A stretch of 59,439 bases of DNA, taken from IMG/VR virus record IMGVR_UViG_3300030419_000438, positions 1-59,439 of that record; one strand, 5' to 3'. A program made the translations under genes and the position numbers. Positions 37,509-45,814 of this stretch are shown piece after piece. This stretch comes from a virus. Lineage: Duplodnaviria; Caudoviricetes. How positions within the stretch are numbered: the first letter of the stretch is position 1; each line of letters starts with the position of its first letter. The notes beneath the pieces are model-generated. The model had not been told where the DNA came from, searched no databases, and saw nothing but the letters and a program-made list of their open reading frames with translations.

Positions 37509-39047
37509 TTAGACATTCCAGTAGGTTGCTCTCTTAGTACGGGGCATCTCTTCATAGTCAGGATCATCAGGGTGTGTTAGATGCCAGGAGTCTTTCATGT
37601 AGTGAATAGCCATTGTCAAGGCATCCACCTGATCATCATGGGCTGCATTGGGGAACCGTATAAGTTCTTCCACCAGATCATCTGCCCACTTCTTGTTCAT
37701 TGGTATCCATACCCTACCTGCCTCCATCATGGGTGTGGCAGCATAGACCCTGGATACCTTATCCCTGTCAGGGTTGTATTCCAACACAGGCAAGCCAGAC
37801 CTACGCATATCCTGTATGAGTGACTGCCCACTGGCTTTCTTTTCTACCATGCACAGATCAGGCTTGTGCTGATTATATAGCTTCTGTGATATCCGTCTTA
37901 GTTCAGGATATTCAAATCTACCCTTAACATTCCCAAGCAATATAAGATTAGGTGCATAGTCTTCGTATCCTTCTTTATTCTGATCGTATAGGTGAAATAT
38001 ACCCCATGTCTGTACTACGCTGTAATCCGCTGTGTTGGAGGTGGAGAAAGCTGTGTCAAATGTTTGTATAATGAAATCACATGTTGGGGGTTCGTCATAC
38101 TCCCAGTTCTGGAGCCACTTCTTTTTAATGAGGCCACCTTCTTCGGGGGTTGGGTCTTGCATATATAGAGCGTTCCAATATCTGCTTCCATTTGATGCCT
38201 TGATCTCATTTTCATCTACCTTTAGGACATGATCCGGTTTCCACTCAGGGAAGTAGCTAGAACCTACAGGCAGGTCTAGTAGTTCTGATGCATCGTCATC
38301 AAGCCATGCAGGTATCTTGACTACATCCCACGGTATTGTCTCATAGTCTGGCATGTTCTCCTGTTGTTTCAAGAGCCAGCCACATAGATCATCATAGTGG
38401 TATCTGGTATTGATTATGACAATAGCTCCGTCTGGCATGATACGTGTTCTCAGACCAGCAGGATACCACTCCTTGATAAACCTTCTACCTGCACTGGAGA
38501 TCGCATCTTCTTCAGACATTGCATCATCCAGTATTGCTACATGCGCTCCTCGTCCTGCTATCTGTGATCTAACACCAGCCGCATAGTATGTTCCTTCATG
38601 GTTTGTCTTCCACTTACCTGCTGCTCGTACATCACTACGAAGTGCCACACCACGAAATACCTTTTGAAACATTTCCATATTAACAATATCCCTGACGGAC
38701 CTACCAAAGTCACTGGCAAGCTGATCACTGTGCGATATAGTTAATAGTTCGTGTCTGGGGTTTCTACCTATGTACCATGCAGGGAATAGTTTGGAACAGA
38801 CAACAGACTTTGATGAACGTGGTGGTAGGAAGACCATCAGTCTTTTTATTTCACCATTTTCTACCTGTTGTAGTTTTTCAGATATTATTTCTATATGTCT
38901 TCCCATCTTAAAGTCAGACACAATAGTAGGGGCGACCAAACGTACAAAGGATAAGAAGTCATCATTACATTGTAGCTCTATCTGTTGAGACAACAAGCCT
39001 TCAAGGTTAATGTAAGACTCAATGTAGTTACTATTTAAATTCTCCAT
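37509..39047 (-). CDS. terL: Terminase large subunit
   Basis: LPPRSSKS (Walker A variant), AILDD (Walker B), NTRYHYDDL, DTAF, EKKASG, HDDQVDA. Confidence 0.95.
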   Translation of the reverse strand: MENLNSNYIESYINLEGLLSQQIELQCNDDFLSFVRLVAPTIVSDFKMGRHIEIISEKLQQVENGEIKRLMVFLPPRSSKSVVCSKLFPAWYIGRNPRHELLTISHSDQLASDFGRSVRDIVNMEMFQKVFRGVALRSDVRAAGKWKTNHEGTYYAAGVRSQIAGRGAHVAILDDAMSEEDAISSAGRRFIKEWYPAGLRTRIMPDGAIVIINTRYHYDDLCGWLLKQQENMPDYETIPWDVVKIPAWLDDDASELLDLPVGSSYFPEWKPDHVLKVDENEIKASNGSRYWNALYMQDPTPEEGGLIKKKWLQNWEYDEPPTCDFIIQTFDTAFSTSNTADYSVVQTWGIFHLYDQNKEGYEDYAPNLILLGNVKGRFEYPELRRISQKLYNQHKPDLCMVEKKASGQSLIQDMRRSGLPVLEYNPDRDKVSRVYAATPMMEAGRVWIPMNKKWADDLVEELIRFPNAAHDDQVDALTMAIHYMKDSWHLTHPDDPDYEEMPRTKRATYWNV

Positions 39048-39053
39048 AGTACT

Positions 39054-39082
39054 ATTATAACACTTTTTAATTAGTTCTACAA
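39054..39082 (-). promoter_or_regulatory. terL promoter TTGTAG-N17-TATAAT (leaderless)
   Basis: The -10 box ends 6 nt before the ATG; no SD sequence. Confidence 0.6.
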
Positions 39083-39266
39083 TAGTAATCTATAAAATAA
39101 TATAAAAATAAGCTAAGAGGTAACTAATTAGTGTCCCAGATGTGTTATTTTTATCACACTTATGGTCATTGATGATAGGGTCTGTTATTTTTCTAAATAT
39201 TTGAGAGTGTTATATATATATAATACACACGAGCAATTTTTTTGTACGGGGTATATGTGTAAAATC

Positions 39267-39509
39267 TCTCTATTCTACATAATTCTTGTGGGGAATACCT
39301 TACATTTTACACAATTCTTGTGTGAGACTAGTTATTTCATCCATCTCGGGTGTATAATGCCGATATTGTACACAACGATAGGTAGCTGCAACTGCTGCAA
39401 AGTATTGGTTTTTGTGTAGTTTATCTCTATTCTACAAATTAATTGTGTAGTTATCCTGGTGGCGAGTAGCGTCTCAAAATGATGATCAATTACTCCCCAA
39501 AATGATGAT
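39267..39509. repeat. Cluster of short direct repeats in the divergent intergenic region (probable genome end/packaging region)
   Basis: TCTCTATTCTACA x2 (39267, 39424), AATTCTTGTG x2 (39281, 39313), TTGTGTAGTT x2 (39412, 39443), CAAAATGATGAT x2 (39475, 39498). Confidence 0.7.
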
Positions 39510-39566
39510 GCGAACCAATGCCATTTTTTACGTTTTTTAAATTTAGAACAATTCTAAAATAACTTG

Positions 39567-39579
39567 TAAGTTATTGATT
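39567..39579 (-). promoter_or_regulatory. IHF-binding consensus
   Basis: Minus strand AATCAATAACTTA matches WATCAANNNNTTR; 21 bp upstream of the early promoter. Confidence 0.55.
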
Positions 39580-39600
39580 TTAAAGGGCTAAAAAAAAGAT

Positions 39601-39631
39601 TTGACAAATATTCAAAAATCAGGCTTATAAT
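39601..39631 (+). promoter_or_regulatory. Early sigma70 promoter
   Basis: TTGACA-N19-TATAAT with an upstream A-tract. Spacing is longer than optimal. Confidence 0.55.
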
Positions 39632-39639
39632 GGCGCATC

Positions 39640-40115
39640 GCAAACAAAACGAGGTTATCAATTTGGCGGGACAGTTCACGGTCTAGAATACTTCAAGGGC
39701 AAACATGGCAATGCCTAGCCCTAACGAATTGACGAAATGACCGGACAAGCCAGAAAGATAACTAAGCGGAGTGAGCGGAGAAACGAGACCCTAGCAAGCT
39801 GTTATGCTTTACGTCTTAAAACTGGAAAGAAAAATAACAGCCAGATAAACCTGCCAACTGTGGCGAATTGTAAACCCATAGGGATTAGCTTAACCGTTAC
39901 CCCACAGGGCTAGCGTTCAAAACATTCACTCAACCAGTGTATTAGGGATAGGTTAAGACTAGCAAGTGTGGCGCTTGTTAGTTGTTGCTGTAAGGGGATA
40001 AAGTGGATCACGTTCACCCTATGTGAATATTTCCATGTGCTATCGCTAACTCCCATGTGAGGGTATCCCCCTTGCTATGCATATCAATTCCGGTATGCAT
40101 ATTTTAGGGGATATC
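39640..40115 (+). ncRNA. Candidate large structured leader/ncRNA
   Basis: ORF-free stretch with multiple 5-11 bp stems and a possible pseudoknot (see findings). Confidence 0.45.
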
Positions 40116-40117
40116 TA

Positions 40118-40651
40118 ATGTCTAATCTTAAAAAACTAAATGCTAGCCTAGCCTATCTGAAACAACACGGTGAGAAGGCACCCAATCATGCCGACAATGC
40201 AATTAATATGACGGCACTACATGCTTTAGATCATGGCGACTGGTCAGGCATTAATAAGCTTTTTGCAATCATTACCAATTACAAGAGTGGTGTTATTTCT
40301 GTTCGCCAAGTTGAGCGGAAAGTAAAAGCCGTGTTTTGTGGTACAATTAAACGTGAAAAAGAGACTGGCGTATGGGTTCGCACCAATAAAAAGAAACCTA
40401 TCGAAATAAATATGCCAGCACTTGATGTTCCCTATTGGGAGGATCAAGAGGAAAAACAAGCCACGTTTAATTATGACAATCAGGTCCAATTTGACAAGCT
40501 TATCGCTAAGGCTTTGCAAGCCGAAGAAAAGGCAATTGAGAATGGTGCTAACATGACTGGCGACAAGAAAGCCCGTGATAATAGGCTTGCTATGATCAAA
40601 GCCTTAATCAGTGATCCAGAATTTTCTGAGCTGATTAAACTGGCGGCCTAA
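40118..40651 (+). CDS. First early protein, hypothetical
   Basis: 177 aa; HALDHGDWS; ends KLAA. Confidence 0.8.
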   Translation: MSNLKKLNASLAYLKQHGEKAPNHADNAINMTALHALDHGDWSGINKLFAIITNYKSGVISVRQVERKVKAVFCGTIKREKETGVWVRTNKKKPIEINMPALDVPYWEDQEEKQATFNYDNQVQFDKLIAKALQAEEKAIENGANMTGDKKARDNRLAMIKALISDPEFSELIKLAA

Positions 40652-40706
40652 TTGTGGCTATAAATTAGGGGATTATCTTGGATAGTCCCCCTTTTTATAC
40701 CCACAA
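40652..40706 (+). terminator. Long hairpin (terminator or RNase III site)
   Basis: GGGGATTATC-TTG-GATAGTCCCC followed by CTTTTT, inside an outer TTGTGG/CCACAA stem. Confidence 0.6.
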
Positions 40707-40723
40707 CTGAAAAGGAAAACAAA

Positions 40724-41029
40724 ATGGAAATAAAAAATCAGGCTATGCTTAATGCATCTAACCACCTTGCGGCCCTCAAATATTTGGCGCATGAACTACA
40801 CTTGGAAGCGAACCGTCTCGATGAAAAGCTTCATACAATACACGGCCCTCAAACCCCTAATGTTGGTGTAATGTCGGGGCGTTTTGCGGCATTAGAGCGG
40901 CAAGCCCGCCATGTTGCTGAACGTGCCAACCATGCCAGAAGAGTCGCCGAAAAAGCCTCATTAGCTGAACGACCAGAAAGAATACCTTTAGCTTCACGAA
41001 ATTATCAAAGAAGCATCAGTAAATTTTGA
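40724..41029 (+). CDS. Early hypothetical protein
   Basis: AAGGAAAACAAAATG RBS; 101 aa. Confidence 0.7.
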   Translation: MEIKNQAMLNASNHLAALKYLAHELHLEANRLDEKLHTIHGPQTPNVGVMSGRFAALERQARHVAERANHARRVAEKASLAERPERIPLASRNYQRSISKF

Positions 41030-41077
41030 TGAGTTTCGTAAAAGCTGGCGATGGGTCTTTAATGAAAGGAAAACAAA

Positions 41078-41248
41078 ATGTTAGAACGTATACTACCAAT
41101 AGTGACCGCCATACTTGGCACAACTTTAACCATCTATAGTCTAGACCATACATTCCATTATGTAGGATGGATATACTTACTAGGTCTAGTCATAGGAACC
41201 CAGTGCATAGCTATGTCAATTCGATCAGCCTTACACTCAAATAAGTGA
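41078..41248 (+). CDS. 56-aa two-TM early membrane protein (not in ORF track)
   Basis: Same RBS as 40724; MLERILPIVTAILGTTLTIY...VGWIYLLGLVIGTQCIAM. Confidence 0.65.
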   Translation: MLERILPIVTAILGTTLTIYSLDHTFHYVGWIYLLGLVIGTQCIAMSIRSALHSNK

Positions 41249-41263
41249 GGAAGGAAAACTAAA

Positions 41264-41467
41264 ATGGTCACACTAACACCTGCATATGGACGTGATTACA
41301 AATCACAAAAAGAAGTCAAAGCTGACTGGAAAGGTGGCAAAGACTTTATAATTGCGGACATAGTTCACCCATACTCGGGTAAACCTTGTAGCATCCGTGA
41401 TGCTGAAGCCCTTGGTGGCAAGGTTATGATCCGGTTCAATAAGAACACTAAAATTGTAGCTGTATAG
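41264..41467 (+). CDS. Conserved small early phage protein
   Basis: LTPAYGRDYKS...WKGGKDF; RBS present. Confidence 0.75.
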   Translation: MVTLTPAYGRDYKSQKEVKADWKGGKDFIIADIVHPYSGKPCSIRDAEALGGKVMIRFNKNTKIVAV

Positions 41468-41563
41468 CTGTAATTTTAATCAAGTTTATTCTACAGTGTA
41501 CCCTTGCCTCCTCCCAGGGTACACGATAGAGTAAATTTAATAATGAAAGAAGGAGAAACTACC

Positions 41564-41806
41564 ATGAAAAAACTAGATCAACTAACAGAGTTACTCTGTG
41601 ACTTGTATTGGGAATCTGATCGAATGTCTAGCTGTGGACAAGAGACTCTTGATAAAATGGCAGAAATACTAGGTGTATCACCAATTCAGAAATTTGATTT
41701 GATTGAACTTGACAATGCTGAAAAAGAGTGTATAAGGAACGGACACAGGGATAGTGGACGTGGAGTATGCGTAGACTGTGGTGAATTTTTAGATGGAATG
41801 GAGTAA
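41564..41806 (+). CDS. Early hypothetical protein with C-terminal C/H zinc knuckle
   Basis: AGGAG RBS before ATG 41564; CIRNGH...CVDC. Confidence 0.65.
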   Translation: MKKLDQLTELLCDLYWESDRMSSCGQETLDKMAEILGVSPIQKFDLIELDNAEKECIRNGHRDSGRGVCVDCGEFLDGME

Positions 41807-41811
41807 AATAA

Positions 41812-41961
41812 ATGAAAACCAAAACCTACACAGAAAAAACATATGCATTGCCAGAAGACTTTGACCTTACCAAACTCACACCCGAAAACATGTTCGATAA
41901 TTTAGTTGAGGTGGGCGAGATCACTTTCATTGAAATCATCAAAGACGATTCCGAAGATTAA
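41812..41961 (+). CDS. 49-aa acidic early protein (not in ORF track)
   Basis: GGAG RBS; MKTKTYTEKTYALPEDFDL...DDSED. Confidence 0.55.
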   Translation: MKTKTYTEKTYALPEDFDLTKLTPENMFDNLVEVGEITFIEIIKDDSED

Positions 41962-41978
41962 CAGAAGGAAAGATTGTT

Positions 41979-42740
41979 ATGTCTAACTATAAACTCATAG
42001 GCGTAGGCAACAATGCCAAGACTGTGAAGGGTGATGGATCAGAATACTTAACGGGTATTCAGTATCTCGCACCTGCCGATCTAGCATTGGGCTACGTTCT
42101 GGATGGATCAAAGCTCATCAAGCTAGACTTTACGGATGAATTGTACAGTTCAACTGCTATCAATCTTTGCCCAATGGCAGAGACGGCAGGATGTAAGGCA
42201 CCGTGCCTGTATAGTGCGGGACGGGGTGCCATGAACACGGTACAATATTCTCGCATACGGAAGGCGGTCATGCTGCGAGATACACCGGAACTATTCTATG
42301 ATCTATTAAGAACTGATCTAGATAAATTCCAGAAGTATTGCCAGAGGAGGGGGATACAACCCGTTGTTAGACTTAACGGTACATCTGACCATAACTGGAA
42401 GGATGTGATCCTAGATTCCCCTGCTATCCAATTTTACGATTATACAAAAGTATATAATCGTGTGAAAAAGAATTGGCCTTCCAACTATCACATCACCTTG
42501 TCTTATTCAGAAGCTAATGATGAGTACAGAGACAAGGTGGTAGAGTATGCTAATAACTATAACACCAATCTGGCCGTAGTATTCAGAGATAAAAATAAGA
42601 TACCTGATACATTCTTAGGCCGCCCCGTGATTAATGGTGATGCAGATGATCTACGTTTCCTTGATCCAGAAGGTGTAGTAGTTGCGTTATATGCCAAGGG
42701 CAAGGCAAAGCATGATCAATCTGGTTTCGTAATTGACTAA
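41979..42740 (+). CDS. GP88-like (radical-SAM-related) protein
   Basis: YLAPA, LCPMAETAGCKAPCLYSAGRG, VRLNGTSD, QFYDYTK, NYHITLSYS, DLRFLD. Confidence 0.75.
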   Translation: MSNYKLIGVGNNAKTVKGDGSEYLTGIQYLAPADLALGYVLDGSKLIKLDFTDELYSSTAINLCPMAETAGCKAPCLYSAGRGAMNTVQYSRIRKAVMLRDTPELFYDLLRTDLDKFQKYCQRRGIQPVVRLNGTSDHNWKDVILDSPAIQFYDYTKVYNRVKKNWPSNYHITLSYSEANDEYRDKVVEYANNYNTNLAVVFRDKNKIPDTFLGRPVINGDADDLRFLDPEGVVVALYAKGKAKHDQSGFVID

Positions 42741-42753
42741 AGGAACAGGAACA

Positions 42754-43011
42754 ATGAGAATAATATATCATAAGACAATGAAGTGCATAAAAGAAAACTT
42801 ATGGTCGCTGTGGCATTGGCGACTAAGGACTTTCTTTGACCGTAAATTTTACGGAACGAATTACTATGACGGCAACCATGCATGGTGGATGCTATGCTGC
42901 AATGGCAATGCGGGTGGATGGCGCACCCGATTTTGTGACAGTTTGGAAGACTACAGCACAGGATGGCGATACCATGAAGCCTGTATCGATAAACTAAAGG
43001 AGAGTAAGTAA
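42754..43011 (+). CDS. Trp-rich early hypothetical protein
   Basis: ATG after AGGA; coupled to the next ORF. Confidence 0.55.
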   Translation: MRIIYHKTMKCIKENLWSLWHWRLRTFFDRKFYGTNYYDGNHAWWMLCCNGNAGGWRTRFCDSLEDYSTGWRYHEACIDKLKESK

Positions 43012-43208
43012 TGGTAGACTATATTGTAAAAGAATATTGCGATTGTGAAATGGGCATGAGGGAACATGGCCCTTGGCCTTCAGCCAGAATGTTGGAATGT
43101 CAGGATTGTGATGGTAAAGGTATTCATATATATGAAGACTGGGGTCATGATATGCAAGACATTGCAAGCAATTATCCTAAAGCGTTTATGATTGAGGAGA
43201 TTACCTAA
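43011..43208 (+). CDS. Small DnaJ-like zinc-finger protein
   Basis: CDCEMG...CQDCDGKG. Confidence 0.6.
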   Translation: MVDYIVKEYCDCEMGMREHGPWPSARMLECQDCDGKGIHIYEDWGHDMQDIASNYPKAFMIEEIT

Positions 43209-43369
43209 TGGAAAAAAGACCAGTAGTTCACGTTCTTTACCGTTCAGATTTCAGAGACGAATCCATGTGGGATTATATCCTTGAACGGCATGGAATAGAA
43301 CAGTCTGAAAAAGATGGTATTGAATACGATGAAATCACGATACGTGCAATAGCAGAGAGTGTAGAATGA
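43208..43369 (+). CDS. 53-aa hypothetical protein (not in ORF track)
   Basis: GAGGAG RBS; TAATG coupling. Confidence 0.55.
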   Translation: MEKRPVVHVLYRSDFRDESMWDYILERHGIEQSEKDGIEYDEITIRAIAESVE

Positions 43370-43479
43370 AACTACTACATAAATTTATGTGTATGTTCAA
43401 ACATGACTGGGTTTGGATAGGAAACTCCAACCGAGGATGTTCACGATGTGGTAAAGTAGAACGTGTGAAAGGAGATTGA
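43366..43479 (+). CDS. 37-aa zinc-knuckle peptide (not in ORF track)
   Basis: CMFKHDW...CSRCG; ATGA overlap. Confidence 0.5.
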   Translation: MKLLHKFMCMFKHDWVWIGNSNRGCSRCGKVERVKGD

Positions 43480-43482
43480 GAA

Positions 43483-44052
43483 ATGATGTATACAGCATTG
43501 TTTGTCCGTAAGGACAGTTCATATAAAAATCGTGAAACTTGGGATGTATATGATGAGGATAGGGATGCGCTTACCTTTGATTCTAGCTCACCTGTGGTAT
43601 GTCACCCACCATGCCGCACGTGGGGCAGACTCTCACACTTAGCTACCAATGCTAGACCTAATGAATCAAGACTAGCTTTGTGGTCTATAGATATGATACG
43701 CAAGAATGGTGGTATACTAGAGCATCCAGCAGGTTCTAGACTGTTTGGTAAACATCTTCCAGATGTGAATGAGACAGACGAGCATGGCGGTTTTACTATA
43801 CTAATAGATCAATATGACTTTGGCCATGTTGCTCACAAGAAGACCAAGCTATACATCTGTGGCATTGACAGATCAGAACTACCCAAACTACCTCCAAAAG
43901 ATAAGACGCTACACTATTGCGACAAGGGTAAGCTTAGGTCTATCTGTGGTAACGTGAAGGGTACAACGAGATGTACACAATATCAACGAGAATATACACC
44001 AGAAAAACTGATTGATTATTTTGAGACCGTATTAAATATAATACAGAACTAA
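43483..44052 (+). CDS. Cytosine-C5 methyltransferase-like protein (minimal, divergent)
   Basis: HPPC (motif IV), LEHP (motif VI-like), QYDFG..AHKKT (motif VIII-like), REYTP. No FxGxG. Confidence 0.6.
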   Translation: MMYTALFVRKDSSYKNRETWDVYDEDRDALTFDSSSPVVCHPPCRTWGRLSHLATNARPNESRLALWSIDMIRKNGGILEHPAGSRLFGKHLPDVNETDEHGGFTILIDQYDFGHVAHKKTKLYICGIDRSELPKLPPKDKTLHYCDKGKLRSICGNVKGTTRCTQYQREYTPEKLIDYFETVLNIIQN

Positions 44053-44094
44053 TAACGTGCCTACCAAATCTTAACCAACCAAAGGACTAAGACC

Positions 44095-44859
44095 ATGTTT
44101 AAAAACCTTGAAAAGACTAGTGAAGTATTTAAAGTAAATCCGTCTGATCCACAGTATAATTCCTTTAAACCACTCAAGGGTCAGCGATCACCTCTAAAGG
44201 ATCACCTTAATAAGATTAAGGAATCTATCATAGAGGTGGGTAGCATTACACAGTATAACCCTATTCGAGTAGACAAGAAGGGTTTCATTCACGATGGGCA
44301 GCATACCTACATTGCCCACAAAGAATTGAACCTGCCTTTCTATGTGATGGAAGTACCTACAAATTGGAAGGGTATGATCACACTCAATACCAATCAACGT
44401 AACTGGAAGGGTTGGGACTTCGCTAACTACTGGGATCAACGGGGATACAAACAGTACAGGAACTTTCTTAACCTTGCTACTATGTATCCTTTTGTATCGT
44501 GTGGTGTATTGATTGCTATCTTCAATAAAGATAGTTCAAGAAAGTCATGCTATGCTATGGACTTTAGGTTAGGTAAACTACGTAAAGATACTATGACCTA
44601 TGCAGAGACAATATTAATTAAACTAGAGTCACTAAAAAATATATCTAAACAACCACCACTTGAACAAAAGACACACTCAAAGCAACAGTTCCAACAGGCT
44701 ATGCTTCAGGCACTTGACAATGTGGAGTTTAGTTTCTTTAACTTCAAGCGTGGGCTGGTAGATACAGAGCATGAGCTTAACCGTCTGGCTAAACAGACAG
44801 ACATGCTAGAAGAAATCTATCGCCTTGAAAAGATAGGAAAAATTATCAATGATAAATAA
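44095..44859 (+). CDS. ParB/Srx N-terminal-domain protein
   Basis: NPIRVDKKGFIHDGQHT, LNTNQRNW. Confidence 0.7.
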   Translation: MFKNLEKTSEVFKVNPSDPQYNSFKPLKGQRSPLKDHLNKIKESIIEVGSITQYNPIRVDKKGFIHDGQHTYIAHKELNLPFYVMEVPTNWKGMITLNTNQRNWKGWDFANYWDQRGYKQYRNFLNLATMYPFVSCGVLIAIFNKDSSRKSCYAMDFRLGKLRKDTMTYAETILIKLESLKNISKQPPLEQKTHSKQQFQQAMLQALDNVEFSFFNFKRGLVDTEHELNRLAKQTDMLEEIYRLEKIGKIINDK

Positions 44860-44872
44860 ATTATTTTATACC

Positions 44873-44901
44873 TTGATCTTTACGTGTATTGTTGGTATAC
44901 T
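44873..44901 (+). promoter_or_regulatory. Putative sigma70 promoter
   Basis: TTGATC-N17-TATACT with TG extension. Confidence 0.4.
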
Positions 44902-44954
44902 ATTATCAATAATAGTATCTATTAATCATTTAATATTATGGTAAGGAGACAACA

Positions 44955-45143
44955 ATGAGCCATTTATTAAACGACCAAGCCAAAGAAAATTGGTTTGAAG
45001 AAGCAATTGACATGGGTCTATCTGACTTTGACGCAGAGGATTACGTTGATTGGATGATGGACAATGAAGGTCTAGGTGATCTTCACTCATATATCTATAA
45101 CTATATGAGAAGTAAAAGAGTAAGTCATTGGAGTATAGACTAA
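44955..45143 (+). CDS. Small acidic hypothetical protein
   Basis: AAGGAG RBS; 62 aa. Confidence 0.65.
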   Translation: MSHLLNDQAKENWFEEAIDMGLSDFDAEDYVDWMMDNEGLGDLHSYIYNYMRSKRVSHWSID

Positions 45144-45241
45144 TGAATACTTTAGTATTACTTTATCAGAAAGCTCTCGACAGATTACAAGGTTACTCTG
45201 AAAGAGGTAGTATAATTAATATTAAAACATAAGGATATACT

Positions 45242-45529
45242 ATGAAAATAATATCACTAACATTAGTAGTACTATTAAGTGCTTGCACACCTGGATGGGA
45301 GGCTGCAAATAAACACAGTAGTCACGATCTAGGTGGTACTACATATGAATGGGTTGGCTGTCATGTGGTGACACAAAATCCAAAGTACGGTGCGTATGCC
45401 ATTGGACCTTTCACTGACCTGAAGGTAGGATCACGTTTCTACTTTAAACAGGTAGGGTCTGATGGTAAAGTAGGAGCAGTTGTAACTGGTGAGCCTTGTA
45501 ACTTAAAGGAGAAAGCGAACAATGGATGA
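45242..45529 (+). CDS. Putative lipoprotein
   Basis: MKIISLTLVVLLSAC lipobox. Confidence 0.7.
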   Translation: MKIISLTLVVLLSACTPGWEAANKHSSHDLGGTTYEWVGCHVVTQNPKYGAYAIGPFTDLKVGSRFYFKQVGSDGKVGAVVTGEPCNLKEKANNG

Positions 45530-45653
45530 TGCTGAATTTGAAGATGCACTATGCAAGTGCGATAAGTTTATAATATTGCGTAAAGAAATAGAATTACTTC
45601 AGATGCGTGTAAAAGCGTTGGAATGGGACCAAGTAATTGAAGGAGAAGACTAA
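45522..45653 (+). CDS. 43-aa hypothetical protein (not in ORF track)
   Basis: AAGGAG upstream; MDDAEFEDALCKCDK... Confidence 0.5.
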   Translation: MDDAEFEDALCKCDKFIILRKEIELLQMRVKALEWDQVIEGED

Positions 45654-45814
45654 TGAACATGGACATCCACAGAGTATCTAACATCCAAGTCAAGCGTTTT
45701 GAGTATGAGACTTTTCAAACAGTCAGGGTATCTGTCTTCACCAAAGATGGTGAGGAGCATCAGCTTACCATGTTTACTGACGATAGGTTGGAGTTAGAAA
45801 AGAAAGATGATTAA
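45653..45814 (+). CDS. 53-aa hypothetical protein (not in ORF track)
   Basis: AGGAG RBS, TAATG coupling; MNMDIHRVSNIQV... Confidence 0.55.
   Translation: MNMDIHRVSNIQVKRFEYETFQTVRVSVFTKDGEEHQLTMFTDDRLELEKKDD

Noticed and set aside
39267-39509. Mini-CRISPR array
   Set aside because: Repeats are 10-13 bp, of several different sequences, and irregularly spaced.
39640-40060. tRNA, tmRNA, RNase P or group I intron
   Set aside because: I found no T-loop/CCA cloverleaf or conserved core sequences of these families by eye.
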